The notes beneath the pieces are model-generated. The model was given only the letters and a program-made list of their open reading frames with translations. It had not been told where the DNA came from and searched no databases. Both the position numbers and the translations under genes were made by a program. Below are positions 52,730 to 62,710 of a DNA stretch of 64,000 nucleotides, one piece after another. How positions within the stretch are numbered: the first letter of the stretch is position 1; each line of letters opens with the position of its first letter. Source of the DNA: Candidatus Avelusimicrobium sp. (lineage in GTDB: Bacteria; Elusimicrobiota; Elusimicrobia; Elusimicrobiales; Elusimicrobiaceae); NCBI RefSeq assembly GCF_051874775.1, contig NZ_JBJEGE010000002.1, forward strand, positions 1,697 to 65,696. Reading direction: 5' to 3'.

Positions 52730-54307
52730 TTATTTTTCCAATCGGGAAGAATCATCCGCCAAGGATTTTTCTAAAGGTTCCGCCGAATTTTCCGTCCCTG
52801 CTTCCACGGCAGCTTCCGCTTGTTCGGCTACTTCGCGATATACCGCAAACGAACCGCGCCCGTTCTGCTTAACCACATACAACGCTTTATCCGCTTTTTC
52901 TAACAACATCTCCGGCGTTTCGCCGTCCATTGGGAAAGAGGATATTCCTTGGCTAATACTTAAATGCACAGCTTTGCCATCGGTATATCGTTCGGGCAGC
53001 ATAATGGAGTGGATACGGTCTTTTAAACGCTTGGCGATAATTTTGGCTTCTTCGCCGTTAGTACGCGGAAGCATAATAATCATTTCGTCCCCGCCAAAGC
53101 GGCAGGGCACGTCCGTCTGGCGCAAACCGGTGCGGATTACGCGGCTGACCTCTTTCAGCGCCCAGTCGCCGATTTGGTGGCCGTAGCCGTCGTTAATCTG
53201 TTTGAACCAGTCAATATCCATAATAATTAAGGAAAGCGTTAAATCAAACCGTTTGGAACGGTAAATCTCTTCGGCAAATTTTTCATTGAAATAACGGCGT
53301 ACGGGCAGCTTAGTCAGCTCGTCGTAATTGGAAAGCTCCTGCACGCGTTCAAACAGGCGGGCATTATCAATCGTCAGTGCCATCTGCGTGGCAAACTGTT
53401 GGAGTGAAATAAAATCCAAATATCCGATTTTGCGGCGGGATAACAAATTGTCAAACGTCAAAAAACCTACTTTGTTCCGCTGCACTTTAAGCGGAATATA
53501 TACCACGCTGCGCACAGAACGATAAGTGGCTGAAGAATCAAATACCTCTTTTAAAATGTGTGTTTCCCCCCCGCCCAAGTTTTTCCCGTCCTCTTGGGTT
53601 ACCTTGCCGGAAACATCTACCCCCAGCACGGATTTGATTTCACTGCCGTCCGCGTCCGTCAGATACAGCCGCACGCGGTCAAAACGAAAATACTTTTGCA
53701 CACCTTTTAAAATCAGTTCAAGACCGTCGTTAAGACGCAGAGAGGACGCAAAAATGGTGGATAAATCGTTAAGTGCCGTAGACACACGCAAACGCTGGTT
53801 TTTAGCCTGATCAATCTCCGTATTACGCAAATTATGGGAGATTTCAAGCCCCAAATCTTTAATCAAATCAATTTCCGCGTTAGTAAACACGCGGCTTTTG
53901 CGAAAGCGTTCTAAACGCAGCACACCCACTTTTTCCTGCATATAAGAATGAACTTCCCCCGATTTAAGCTCCAGACTGGGCCGCTGCCATTTTACCAATA
54001 CATACAAAGCTGGATAACTTAAATCGGTCGTTTCGGCAATACCGGTTTGCAGCAGCTGGCGCAAAAAGACGGGTTCATTCAGAACAGAAATATCCTCCTG
54101 CATATCCATACAGTATTCTTTTTTGCACATCATTTTTAAAGACAGCAGCGCACGCTCCTGCTGCCAGTCGAAAAAGTATACGCGGTCCAACTTAAACAAA
54201 TTGCGCAGCGCAGGCAACGCACATTCCAACAGCGACCGTTTGTTTTGGAAAGACTGATTCAATTGTTTATGGAATTTATAAAGCGTATAGGATTTTCGGT
54301 CAAGCAT
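52730..54307 (-). CDS. GAF-domain diguanylate cyclase (GGDEF domain with GGDEM motif and RxxD I-site)
   Basis: ..DELTKLPVRRYF..IIMDIDWFKQINDGYGHQIGDWALK..RQTDVPCRFGGDEMIIMLP.. Confidence 0.85.
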   Translation of the reverse strand: MLDRKSYTLYKFHKQLNQSFQNKRSLLECALPALRNLFKLDRVYFFDWQQERALLSLKMMCKKEYCMDMQEDISVLNEPVFLRQLLQTGIAETTDLSYPALYVLVKWQRPSLELKSGEVHSYMQEKVGVLRLERFRKSRVFTNAEIDLIKDLGLEISHNLRNTEIDQAKNQRLRVSTALNDLSTIFASSLRLNDGLELILKGVQKYFRFDRVRLYLTDADGSEIKSVLGVDVSGKVTQEDGKNLGGGETHILKEVFDSSATYRSVRSVVYIPLKVQRNKVGFLTFDNLLSRRKIGYLDFISLQQFATQMALTIDNARLFERVQELSNYDELTKLPVRRYFNEKFAEEIYRSKRFDLTLSLIIMDIDWFKQINDGYGHQIGDWALKEVSRVIRTGLRQTDVPCRFGGDEMIIMLPRTNGEEAKIIAKRLKDRIHSIMLPERYTDGKAVHLSISQGISSFPMDGETPEMLLEKADKALYVVKQNGRGSFAVYREVAEQAEAAVEAGTENSAEPLEKSLADDSSRLEK

Positions 54308-54310
54308 TGG

Positions 54311-55516
54311 TTATCCCTCGTAAATGGACAGCAGGTATTCAACTTCCTTCGCGGCCAGGTCCAGTTCGCGGTCCAAAGAAGCCTGCGTAAAACGGTTCTC
54401 CACAATCTGCGTAGCGCAGACGGCCAAAATGCGTTTGAGAATTTCCATAATCGTGCCCATTATCGTAATATTCGGCAGTGTGCGCGCGGAGGATAAAATT
54501 CCCGTATAGGTTTGAAGCCGCTGCGACGACGAAAAAATAAATTGTTCAAACGCACCTTCAAACGCCGGAAAAGCTTCCACCATTCCCGCATAACGCAGTT
54601 GGATATCGGGCCGCGCACAGAATTTAATAAATTTTAACGCATCTTTTTTGTGCTCACTGCGCACATTGACAAACAAATTCATACCGGATAAATACGCGTG
54701 GCTTGTCTCCCCCGTAGCGGGCACAGGCAGCGTGCGCACCCGCAGGCCGCGGCGTACGTTAAATGTATTGATGCCCTGCTTGCGGGAAATCATCATACTG
54801 GCTTTTCCGGACGCCAGCGTGCCCAGCGAACCGCGTTCGCGCAAAATAGGCATATAATTTTTAAGGGCCAGCGTTACGTAATCGTGAATACCTTCTTTAA
54901 AAATTTTCGTTCCCACTAAGGTTTGGCTCCGGTTGTCAGACAACAGCCCCCCGCCGCGGCTCCACACGCACGGAAGCGCGTTGCGCATAGACAGGGATCC
55001 GCGCCAGTCACTATTTTGCATTGGGTAATAACCGGCCACATCACTGAATGTTTCGCGCAGGGCTTCACATACGTTTAACAAGCCCTGCCAAGTGGCCAAG
55101 TCCTGCTCGGGATGTGCGGTGACAAGTTTTAAATGGTCGGCACGGTAGTGCAGCGCACTTAAATCAAACCACCAAGGATAAGAGTAGATATCTTTCGTAC
55201 CGGGTTGGTAACAATGGGCTTTCAACGGCAGCAAACATTCGGACAGGGATAACCCCGGGTCCAATTCCGACAAATTGGCCGCCACCCCTTCGCGCACCAA
55301 AAGCGCAGTCCAATAATGCGGGATTTGAATAACATCCGGTATTTCTTCTTCGTGCGTCGGGTTTTTAATGGTAAACATCCGCCGCCAAAGCACGTTTCGC
55401 GTAAAAATGCGTATGGTCAAATCTACGGAAGGATATGCTTCTTTGAAAAGCGAAACAAGCGTATTATACTGCTCTCTGCTCTTGGCACCCGCATCGGGCA
55501 TAGCCCACAAAATCAT
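54311..55516 (-). CDS. Solute-binding-protein-fold (SBP_bac_1-like) protein lacking a signal peptide
   Basis: Starts directly at the first beta-strand pattern (ILWAMPDAG..YNTLVSLFKEAYPSVDLTIRI..PDVIQIPHYW). No hydrophobic leader. An in-frame stop lies upstream. 3-nt gap to the GGDEF gene. Confidence 0.55.
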   Translation of the reverse strand: MILWAMPDAGAKSREQYNTLVSLFKEAYPSVDLTIRIFTRNVLWRRMFTIKNPTHEEEIPDVIQIPHYWTALLVREGVAANLSELDPGLSLSECLLPLKAHCYQPGTKDIYSYPWWFDLSALHYRADHLKLVTAHPEQDLATWQGLLNVCEALRETFSDVAGYYPMQNSDWRGSLSMRNALPCVWSRGGGLLSDNRSQTLVGTKIFKEGIHDYVTLALKNYMPILRERGSLGTLASGKASMMISRKQGINTFNVRRGLRVRTLPVPATGETSHAYLSGMNLFVNVRSEHKKDALKFIKFCARPDIQLRYAGMVEAFPAFEGAFEQFIFSSSQRLQTYTGILSSARTLPNITIMGTIMEILKRILAVCATQIVENRFTQASLDRELDLAAKEVEYLLSIYEG

Positions 55517-55528
55517 TTCAAGTCCTCA

Positions 55529-56548
55529 CTATTCCCAGTTGCGCACTTTCATATTGGGATCGATATTAATATTCTTTTTAACCGGCTTGCCCGTTTTTTC
55601 GGCGTGTTCCAGTTTTTTATAGGCGGCCAAGGCAATCATAGCGGCATTATCCGACGACAGTTTCCTATCCACAAAGTGCGTCTCTACGCCCATCTCTTTG
55701 GCTTTCTCCGTCATCCGCTCGCGCAGAAGCGCATTGGCTGCCACACCGCCCCCAACTGCCACGTGTTTAACCTTATATTTCTTAGCGGCCAATAAGGTTT
55801 TGGTAACAAGCGTTTCCACCATTGCTTCTTCAAAACTGGCGCATACGTCGGGAATGCTGAAATCTTTATGGTCGCGCAAATAATAACTGACGGCCGTTTT
55901 AATACCGCTGAACGAAAATTCCCACGTCCCGGGCAACAACGGACGCGGAAACGCAATAGCCTCGCGCCGGCCGCTTAACGCCTGTTTGGACACTTGCGGT
56001 CCCCCCGGGTACGGCAGACCCAAGAGCTTGGCCACTTTATCAAAGGCTTCTCCAGCGGCGTCGTCGCGCGTGCGGCCCAAAATTTTATAGTTGCCGTAGC
56101 CTTTTACGTACCACAACTCCGTATGTCCTCCCGAAACGACTAAAGCCACCAGAGGGAACGACAAACGCGCCTTCGCTTCGGTTCCTTCAAACTCACAAGC
56201 GAAGATGTGCCCCTCCAAGTGGTTTACTCCTATTATAGGCGTTTTTTTAAAATTTGCAAGGGTTTCGGCCGCCACGCGCCCCACCATCAGTCCCCCCGGA
56301 AGGCCCGGGCCGCTGGCAAACGCCACATAATCAAGCGGGTGATCGCCCAACGCTTCGTTAATAACGGTGGCGATTTTGGCCGCGTGCGCGCGGCTGGCCA
56401 ATTCGGGCACGACGCCGTGGTATTTTTTATGTTCTTCAATTTGGGAATAAATCACGTTGGAAACGATTTCCCTGCCGCCTTTTAAGAGCGCGGCGGACGT
56501 TTCGTCACACGTGGATTCAATTCCTAAAATCATCAAATCTTTTTTCAT
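55529..56548 (-). CDS. tsaD: tRNA N6-adenosine threonylcarbamoyltransferase
   Basis: ILGIESTCDETSAALL.., HLEGHIF, SGGHTEL, VAVGGGVAAN. Confidence 0.95.
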   Translation of the reverse strand: MKKDLMILGIESTCDETSAALLKGGREIVSNVIYSQIEEHKKYHGVVPELASRAHAAKIATVINEALGDHPLDYVAFASGPGLPGGLMVGRVAAETLANFKKTPIIGVNHLEGHIFACEFEGTEAKARLSFPLVALVVSGGHTELWYVKGYGNYKILGRTRDDAAGEAFDKVAKLLGLPYPGGPQVSKQALSGRREAIAFPRPLLPGTWEFSFSGIKTAVSYYLRDHKDFSIPDVCASFEEAMVETLVTKTLLAAKKYKVKHVAVGGGVAANALLRERMTEKAKEMGVETHFVDRKLSSDNAAMIALAAYKKLEHAEKTGKPVKKNINIDPNMKVRNWE

Positions 56549-56550
56549 AT

Positions 56551-57900
56551 TTATTCTTTTCCGGCGGCTTTCTTTTCTTTTTGCGCTTTACGTTCTTCGG
56601 CTTCTTTTTGGGCAATTTCTTTCGCTTGTTCCAACGTCATTTTTCCGGTTAAAATTTCCACGGCGCGGTCCAATACCGGATCTTTGGCCTTAAATTCCAC
56701 GACGGGAGCCTTTTTGCCCGGGGTATAAATAACGTCGTTATATTGCATAAACACTTTGGCTTCTTCTTCCGGCGCGACCAGAATTTCCACATCCGGCAGA
56801 ATACCGCCTTCGTCGGCTTTGGATTTATCGCGGTAGTCGCGCTGGATAAGCCGTCCGGAAGGCGTATAATATTTGGCAATCGTCAGCCGCAGCCCTGCCC
56901 CTCCGGAAAGCGGCAGCACCTGCTGAACACTCGCTTTGCCGAACGTCCGCTGCCCCGCCACAAACGCGCGGCCGTTATCCTGAAGCGCGCCGGAAACAAT
57001 TTCGCTTGCGCTGGCGGAACCTTGGTTGACGAGAACCGCCATTGGCAGCTCCGCATATTCACCCTTCAGCGAGGTTTTAAATTCCTGATAGTATTCCGGT
57101 TTGCGGCCTTGGGTGTAAACAATCATTTGGTCCGGCCCCAAAAACAGTTTGGAAATATCCACCGCGCCCGTCAGAAGCCCGCCCGGGTTAAAACGCAAGT
57201 CCAGCACCAGCGCGGTCATTCCCTGCTTTTGCATATCGGCAAGCGCCTTTTTGACCTCTTCGCTGCTATGGCCGGAAAAATCCACCATATAAAGGTAGCC
57301 GACTTTGCCGTCCAACATGCGGTGGTAGACGACTTCGGGTACGATGGTTTCGCGTTTAAAGTGGAAATCGGGCAGTTTTTTATATTCGCCTGTTTTTTCG
57401 TCTTTACGGCTTATCGTAATTTTAACTTTGCTTCCCACGGGGCCGCGCATCAAATCAACCGCTTCGTCCAGTTTCATTCCGCTCAAATCTTTGTCGTCCA
57501 CAAATAAAATACGGTCGTTAGGCATAACGCCCGCCTTAAACGCGGGAGTATTGGGCATAGGCGTAACGACGGTAACAAATCCGTCGATTTGCTGAAGACG
57601 GATCCCCAAACCGCCAAAATCGCCGCGGGTATCGTTTTTTAATTCTTTGTAATCCTTCGGATCCAAATACTGGGAAAAATCGTCCAACTCGTTTACGACG
57701 CCTTTAATCGCGCCGGAAATTAACTTGTCCGTATCGGTCTTTTCCACATAGTTTTCTTTTACGAACTCCAGTACATCCACAAACGTACGGAGCTGTTTCA
57801 AGCTGCTGTCGGCCGCCGCGTAAGCGTACGGAAACAGCGTCCCCATAAAAAATAATACGGCCGCCAAAACGGCGCAACGGTTGAGTTTTTTGGATTTCAT
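56551..57900 (-). CDS. Carboxy-terminal processing protease (peptidase S41A)
   Basis: PDZ segment GGLGIRLQQIDGFVTVVTPMPNTPAFKAGV; catalytic region VLVNQGSASASEIVSGALQD. Confidence 0.9.
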   Translation of the reverse strand: MKSKKLNRCAVLAAVLFFMGTLFPYAYAAADSSLKQLRTFVDVLEFVKENYVEKTDTDKLISGAIKGVVNELDDFSQYLDPKDYKELKNDTRGDFGGLGIRLQQIDGFVTVVTPMPNTPAFKAGVMPNDRILFVDDKDLSGMKLDEAVDLMRGPVGSKVKITISRKDEKTGEYKKLPDFHFKRETIVPEVVYHRMLDGKVGYLYMVDFSGHSSEEVKKALADMQKQGMTALVLDLRFNPGGLLTGAVDISKLFLGPDQMIVYTQGRKPEYYQEFKTSLKGEYAELPMAVLVNQGSASASEIVSGALQDNGRAFVAGQRTFGKASVQQVLPLSGGAGLRLTIAKYYTPSGRLIQRDYRDKSKADEGGILPDVEILVAPEEEAKVFMQYNDVIYTPGKKAPVVEFKAKDPVLDRAVEILTGKMTLEQAKEIAQKEAEERKAQKEKKAAGKE

Positions 57901-57916
57901 ATATTCCTCTCAAAAT

Positions 57917-59089
57917 TTATTTCAGCCAAATTTGCGGATCGACTGCGGTGGCTCCCTGACGGATTTCAAAATATACTGCGTTTTTGCCGGTGCCGGAACG
58001 GGCCTGCGTGTCCTGCCCCGCCGTACCGATAATGCCCTGCACAGGCAGTTTGTCTCCCACGGAGACTTGAATTTCTTTCAAAAATCCGTAAATGGAAAAG
58101 AATCCTTTGTTATGGTCCACAATCACCACGTTGCCGTACGAACGGAACGGACCCGCGTAAATGACGCTGCCCTCCGCCACGGAACGGACCGGTTCGCCGG
58201 CCGAAGCGGAAATTTTAATTCCGTCGCGGAAAATCCACGTGTTAAGGTCCGCGCGGTATTCTTTTCCGAATTTGCTGATTACCTTACCGCTTACCGGCCA
58301 CGGCAGGCTGCGGGCCGGCGCGTCAATCTTCGGTCCGGAAGATTTTCTGTCTCCCGACACCGTCTTGGACGAAGAAGCTTTTTTGTCCGCATCCGCTTTA
58401 CGTTTGCGCTCGAAAGAAGCAAGCAGATTATTCAGTTCTTCGGCAGATTTATTAAGTTCGTTGATTTCTTTACGCACAGCGTCGGCTTTGCGTTTGGTAA
58501 CATCCAAATCTTGTTTCTTTTTATTAAATGATTGTGAAAGCACTGCCTGTTCTTCTTTAATTTTAGAACTCTCCGCCAGCAACTTGCGGTTACGTTCTTC
58601 AAAGGAATGGATACGCTCTTTGGCTTCTTGGTTTTCTTTTTTCAGCTCTGCGGCAAACGCGGCTTTGTGCGTAATCATCCGCTCTATAAAAATATCCTGT
58701 TCCAAACTATATCCCCCTACGCAGAAAGTGCAGGGGGGCGTAAAATAATAGTTTTTCAGTTCTTCCGCCACTACGCCCTGCCACATCGGCATACTGCGTT
58801 CCAGCGCGGCGCGTTTTTCCTCGATAGACAACAAATTTTGCTCTACAAAGGAAATATCGGACTCTACTTTATTCTTCAACTGCTGCGTCCGTTCTTTACG
58901 GCTTTCCAGCGCGGAAATTTCTTTGGAAATTTTTTGTTCCTGCTCGCGGTATTTTTTCAGTTCGCTCTCCTTTTGCGCGGCTTCTTTTTTAAGACGTTCA
59001 ATTTCTTGCTTACGATCGGCGGCTTCGTCGCAAAAAAGCGGCGAAGTGCAAAAAAATAAAGCCAGCATAACGCTTAAAATTTTTGCCAT
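57917..59089 (-). CDS. EnvC-like murein hydrolase activator (coiled-coil + M23/LytM domain)
   Basis: Long Glu/Lys-rich coiled-coil, then GEPVRSVAEGSVIYAGPFRSYGNVVIVDHNKGFFSIYG. Start MAKILSVMLALFF; alternative at 59104. Overlaps the ftsX 3' end. Confidence 0.85.
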   Translation of the reverse strand: MAKILSVMLALFFCTSPLFCDEAADRKQEIERLKKEAAQKESELKKYREQEQKISKEISALESRKERTQQLKNKVESDISFVEQNLLSIEEKRAALERSMPMWQGVVAEELKNYYFTPPCTFCVGGYSLEQDIFIERMITHKAAFAAELKKENQEAKERIHSFEERNRKLLAESSKIKEEQAVLSQSFNKKKQDLDVTKRKADAVRKEINELNKSAEELNNLLASFERKRKADADKKASSSKTVSGDRKSSGPKIDAPARSLPWPVSGKVISKFGKEYRADLNTWIFRDGIKISASAGEPVRSVAEGSVIYAGPFRSYGNVVIVDHNKGFFSIYGFLKEIQVSVGDKLPVQGIIGTAGQDTQARSGTGKNAVYFEIRQGATAVDPQIWLK

Positions 59090-59856
59090 TTGGATAACGT
59101 CCACCCGAAAAGTCCGCAGAAAGCAAACACTAAAATTTGCCGCTCGGGCGTGGTAAACTGCCGCGCGACCTCATTTAAAAAGCCCGTCGGATACAACAGA
59201 AGCGCAAAAAACGCGCACGCACAAACGCCCGCCAGCACACCGGATACGGCTCCTCCAACGTGGTGGGAACGCGCGTCTGCGGACGGATAGGCTTCCACTA
59301 AAAACATAAAAGCCAAAAATAAAAGTCCCGCAAAGAGTAAAGCCAAGCGCAGCATTTTGGCGCATAAGCCGGTGTAAAAAACAAGGCGCGCGTGCACAGC
59401 GTTATAACGCGGGGAAAGAATCTCGTATTCCGACGCCAAATTATCCACAAACGGCCCGATATTATTGACGGCCTGCGGGCTGAGTTTCAGTTCGTAATAA
59501 GCGGGCATTTTATTCTTTCCCATCAGTAAAAGAAATTCCGTCAGCTGCGGGTTTTGGCGGCGTACCTCCGCCAACGCGTCCTCGGGCGAATAAAGCCGTA
59601 CGGAAAAAACATCCGTTTTTTGGTTTAACGACTCGCCCGTCTGCTCCAGCGTTTCGTTGGAGGGACGCCCTTCCACCACCAAAATCACTTTAAAGGAATC
59701 AGACAGTTCCCGATAATAATTTCCCAGTTTGGCATCCACAAAAAGCAGACTCTGCCACAACACCGCCACTGCAAACACCAACAGAAACAGCCGTCTGTAC
59801 AAACGCAAAATATGTTTAGGCTTAGCCGACGTATTTTCCGCTAACAAATCCGCCAT
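59074..59856 (-). CDS. ftsX: Cell-division permease-like protein FtsX
   Basis: TM1, periplasmic domain ..FKVILVVEGRPSNETLEQTGESLNQKTDVFSVRLYSPEDALAEV.., three C-terminal TMs. Confidence 0.8.
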   Translation of the reverse strand: MADLLAENTSAKPKHILRLYRRLFLLVFAVAVLWQSLLFVDAKLGNYYRELSDSFKVILVVEGRPSNETLEQTGESLNQKTDVFSVRLYSPEDALAEVRRQNPQLTEFLLLMGKNKMPAYYELKLSPQAVNNIGPFVDNLASEYEILSPRYNAVHARLVFYTGLCAKMLRLALLFAGLLFLAFMFLVEAYPSADARSHHVGGAVSGVLAGVCACAFFALLLYPTGFLNEVARQFTTPERQILVFAFCGLFGWTLSKWQKF

Positions 59857-59859
59857 AAA

Positions 59860-61236
59860 TCAATCCTCATTCCAACCCAGTACGTCTTTTAAACGCGGCA
59901 GGATTTCCGTGTTATGGTAAACCCCCGTAAAACGGCCGGCTCCTTCTCCGTATGCCACCCCGATAAGCGGAGCTGCAGAATGGTTTTGTGTCGCCCAGCT
60001 CATCCCGCGCTGTTCGTTTAATTGCCGGAAAATACCGGAAACATCAGACAGGTTATAAAAATCAGAAATATCAACCTCATATCCCAAAGTCTGCGACAGA
60101 CGCTCTTGGATATGTTCCTTTGTGCGTTTTTCCGACGGCAATGCCCGCAATTCCCGTTCCAGCGTGTACAAACTGCCTTTTTGTTTGTCCAACAGTTTAT
60201 ACGTATTGAAAGAAGCATAATCCGTACCTCCGCCATACACTGCTTCTCCGCGGGCGGTTTTGCGGGCGCGTTCGGCTCGGCCAATATAGCGGTAAACAAA
60301 GGTACCCAGCCCCGTGTCGTGGTCCGCATTTACGTAAACGAGCGTGTCGGGATGTTTATCGGCATACTCCACGGCAAACGCAATGAGCGCGTCAATCGTT
60401 TTCATTTCCGCCAACACAGCGCCCGCATCGTTGGCGTGGGCAGCCCAATCTATTTTACCCGCTTCCGCCATTAGGATAAACCCTTCTTTATTTTGTTCCA
60501 ATACCTCTATGGCTTTTTGCGCCATTTCAACCAAGGCGGGCATTTGCGGGTATTTGTGAAGTTCTACTGCCAGCGGCATTGCTTCTTCGGAAAATAAACC
60601 TAGCACTTTGCCCGATTTTACTTTAGATAATTCTTTTTTATTTTTGACCACGTGGTACCCTTGCAATTTGGCGCGGCCCAACAACAGGGTATTTTCACCC
60701 GAATCAAAATACTTCAGTCCTCCGCCTAAAATCACATCCGTTCCGGAAGCAATTTGCTGGCGCGCGATTTCCATTTTTTGCCCGCGGCCGGAAACGTGGG
60801 CCGTAAATCCGGCGGGAGTGGCGTCGGTCACGTACGTATCCGAAATCACACCCACGGATTTGCCTTTTTCCTTGGCCAGTTCCATCAGCGTTTTAACGTC
60901 TTTGCCGTTAAAATCGCGGCCGATGACTTCGGGGCGGGTCAACACGCCCGTCGCCATTTGCGTAGCGGAAGCGGCCGAATCCGTTACCACCGTATCGTAC
61001 GTATTGTTAAAATAGAGCCCCCACGAGCCTTTGTTCATCATTTTTTCGAGGTGGGAGACATTGTCCGGATATCCTTCAAGGCCCGCGTAACGTACCCCCT
61101 GCATAAAGAATCCCATCAGTTCCGGCCCCATACCGTCCCCGATAATCCAAATCACATTTTTCACTTCGGCAGCAGACAAGGATCCCGCCATAAACAGAAA
61201 CACCAAAGCGACCGAAAGTTTTAAAAATTTTTTCAT
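59860..61236 (-). CDS. Alkaline phosphatase (PhoA family)
   Basis: Signal peptide; VIWIIGDGMGPE; active-site TDSAASATQMATG; ..DWAAHAND..; ..NADHDTG.. Confidence 0.9.
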   Translation of the reverse strand: MKKFLKLSVALVFLFMAGSLSAAEVKNVIWIIGDGMGPELMGFFMQGVRYAGLEGYPDNVSHLEKMMNKGSWGLYFNNTYDTVVTDSAASATQMATGVLTRPEVIGRDFNGKDVKTLMELAKEKGKSVGVISDTYVTDATPAGFTAHVSGRGQKMEIARQQIASGTDVILGGGLKYFDSGENTLLLGRAKLQGYHVVKNKKELSKVKSGKVLGLFSEEAMPLAVELHKYPQMPALVEMAQKAIEVLEQNKEGFILMAEAGKIDWAAHANDAGAVLAEMKTIDALIAFAVEYADKHPDTLVYVNADHDTGLGTFVYRYIGRAERARKTARGEAVYGGGTDYASFNTYKLLDKQKGSLYTLERELRALPSEKRTKEHIQERLSQTLGYEVDISDFYNLSDVSGIFRQLNEQRGMSWATQNHSAAPLIGVAYGEGAGRFTGVYHNTEILPRLKDVLGWNED

Positions 61237-61260
61237 AATACCTCTTTTTAATCCCTGTGT

Positions 61261-62709
61261 TTAAATGACCGTTTTGCGGTACAAATCCAAATATGCCTGT
61301 GCTGATTTATCCCAAGACAAATCCTGCCGCATCGCGTTTTTAACAAGACGATTCCACACTTTTTTATCTCCAAACGCTTTTAACGCTTCTTCAAGCGTCT
61401 GGGCAATTCCCTTCTCGCTAAATTGGTTGATAAAAAATCCGGTGGCGGACTCTTCATTGGCACCGTCATAACCTTTAACAGTATCCACCAAGCCGCCCAC
61501 GCGCGAGACGACGGGCAGCGCACCATACTTCATTGCAATCAGCTGCGAAAGTCCGCACGGCTCAAAACGCGACGGCATTAAGAACAAATCCGCGCCCGCA
61601 TAAATCCGGTGTGCCAAATCTTCGTCCAAACGGCCGTTGTAACTTACTTTGCCCGCGTTATTACGCGCCAAACTTTGGTATGCTTTTTCCAACATAGGGT
61701 CGCCCATACCCAGAACAACAAACTGTACGCGGTCTTTAAATTGTTCCATTAAATTAAGAGCAATATCAAGACCTTTTTGATAGTCCAAACGCGATACGAT
61801 ACCCACCAGCGGCTTATCCGGATCCTGCTCCAGTTTGCACTGCTGCTGAAGAGCCAGTTTGGCGGCCAGTTTTCCGCGGACGGCTTCGGAAGCGTCATAC
61901 CCCACCGGCAAAACGGGGTCAATTTCAGGATCCCATACTTCGGTGTCTATTCCATTGACAATCCCACAGAAATGATCCGCGCGGTAACGCAACAGTCCTT
62001 CCAACCCAAAACCCATTGCCGGATCACTCTGCACTTCACGCGCATAGTTAGGACTGACGGTATTAATGTTATCGGCAAATACGAGACCGCTTTTTAAGAA
62101 ACTGATTCCGCCATAATACTCAAATTTATCGGGCGTATAATCTACCGGATGGAAACCCGCTTTGCGGAAAGAAGAATACGGATAATGCCCCTGATAGGCG
62201 ATATTATGAATGGTATACAAACTGCGGGTACGGGTATAAAAAGCATCCAATTTGTAGACAGTTTTTAAATAAGCGGGAATAAGCCCCGTCTGCCAGTCGT
62301 GGCAGTGAATCAAATCGGGGCGGAAACCGATAAATTTACACCCTTCCAACACCGCACGGGAAAATAGAATAAAGCGTTCGTCGTTATCAGGATATTCGCC
62401 GGATTTGGTGCGGTAGAGGCCATCGCGGTCGAAATATTTGCGGTTACCCACAAAAAATACCAGCACATTGCCCCAATTAATATAGGAAAGAGAAACTTGT
62501 TCGATTTTATCTCCCACCGGAATTAAATATACGCCCGGCACAATCTTTAAAGACGAAACGCGCACAATGTTGCGGTAGTGCGGTAAAAACAACAGCACTT
62601 TATTATTTTTACGGGAAGCAAACTGCTGGCAAAGAGCACCAACGACATCAGCTAATCCTCCGGTTTTACAAAACGGAAACGCCTCGCTGGCGGCTAAAAC
62701 GATATTCAT
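61261..62709 (-). CDS. glgA: Glycogen synthase (ADP-glucose type)
   Basis: MNIVLAASEAFPFCKTGGLADVVGAL with an AGGAGG RBS. The 59 extra N-terminal codons in the track ORF overlap scpB and look non-coding. Confidence 0.92.
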   Translation of the reverse strand: MNIVLAASEAFPFCKTGGLADVVGALCQQFASRKNNKVLLFLPHYRNIVRVSSLKIVPGVYLIPVGDKIEQVSLSYINWGNVLVFFVGNRKYFDRDGLYRTKSGEYPDNDERFILFSRAVLEGCKFIGFRPDLIHCHDWQTGLIPAYLKTVYKLDAFYTRTRSLYTIHNIAYQGHYPYSSFRKAGFHPVDYTPDKFEYYGGISFLKSGLVFADNINTVSPNYAREVQSDPAMGFGLEGLLRYRADHFCGIVNGIDTEVWDPEIDPVLPVGYDASEAVRGKLAAKLALQQQCKLEQDPDKPLVGIVSRLDYQKGLDIALNLMEQFKDRVQFVVLGMGDPMLEKAYQSLARNNAGKVSYNGRLDEDLAHRIYAGADLFLMPSRFEPCGLSQLIAMKYGALPVVSRVGGLVDTVKGYDGANEESATGFFINQFSEKGIAQTLEEALKAFGDKKVWNRLVKNAMRQDLSWDKSAQAYLDLYRKTVI

Positions 62710-62710
62710 A

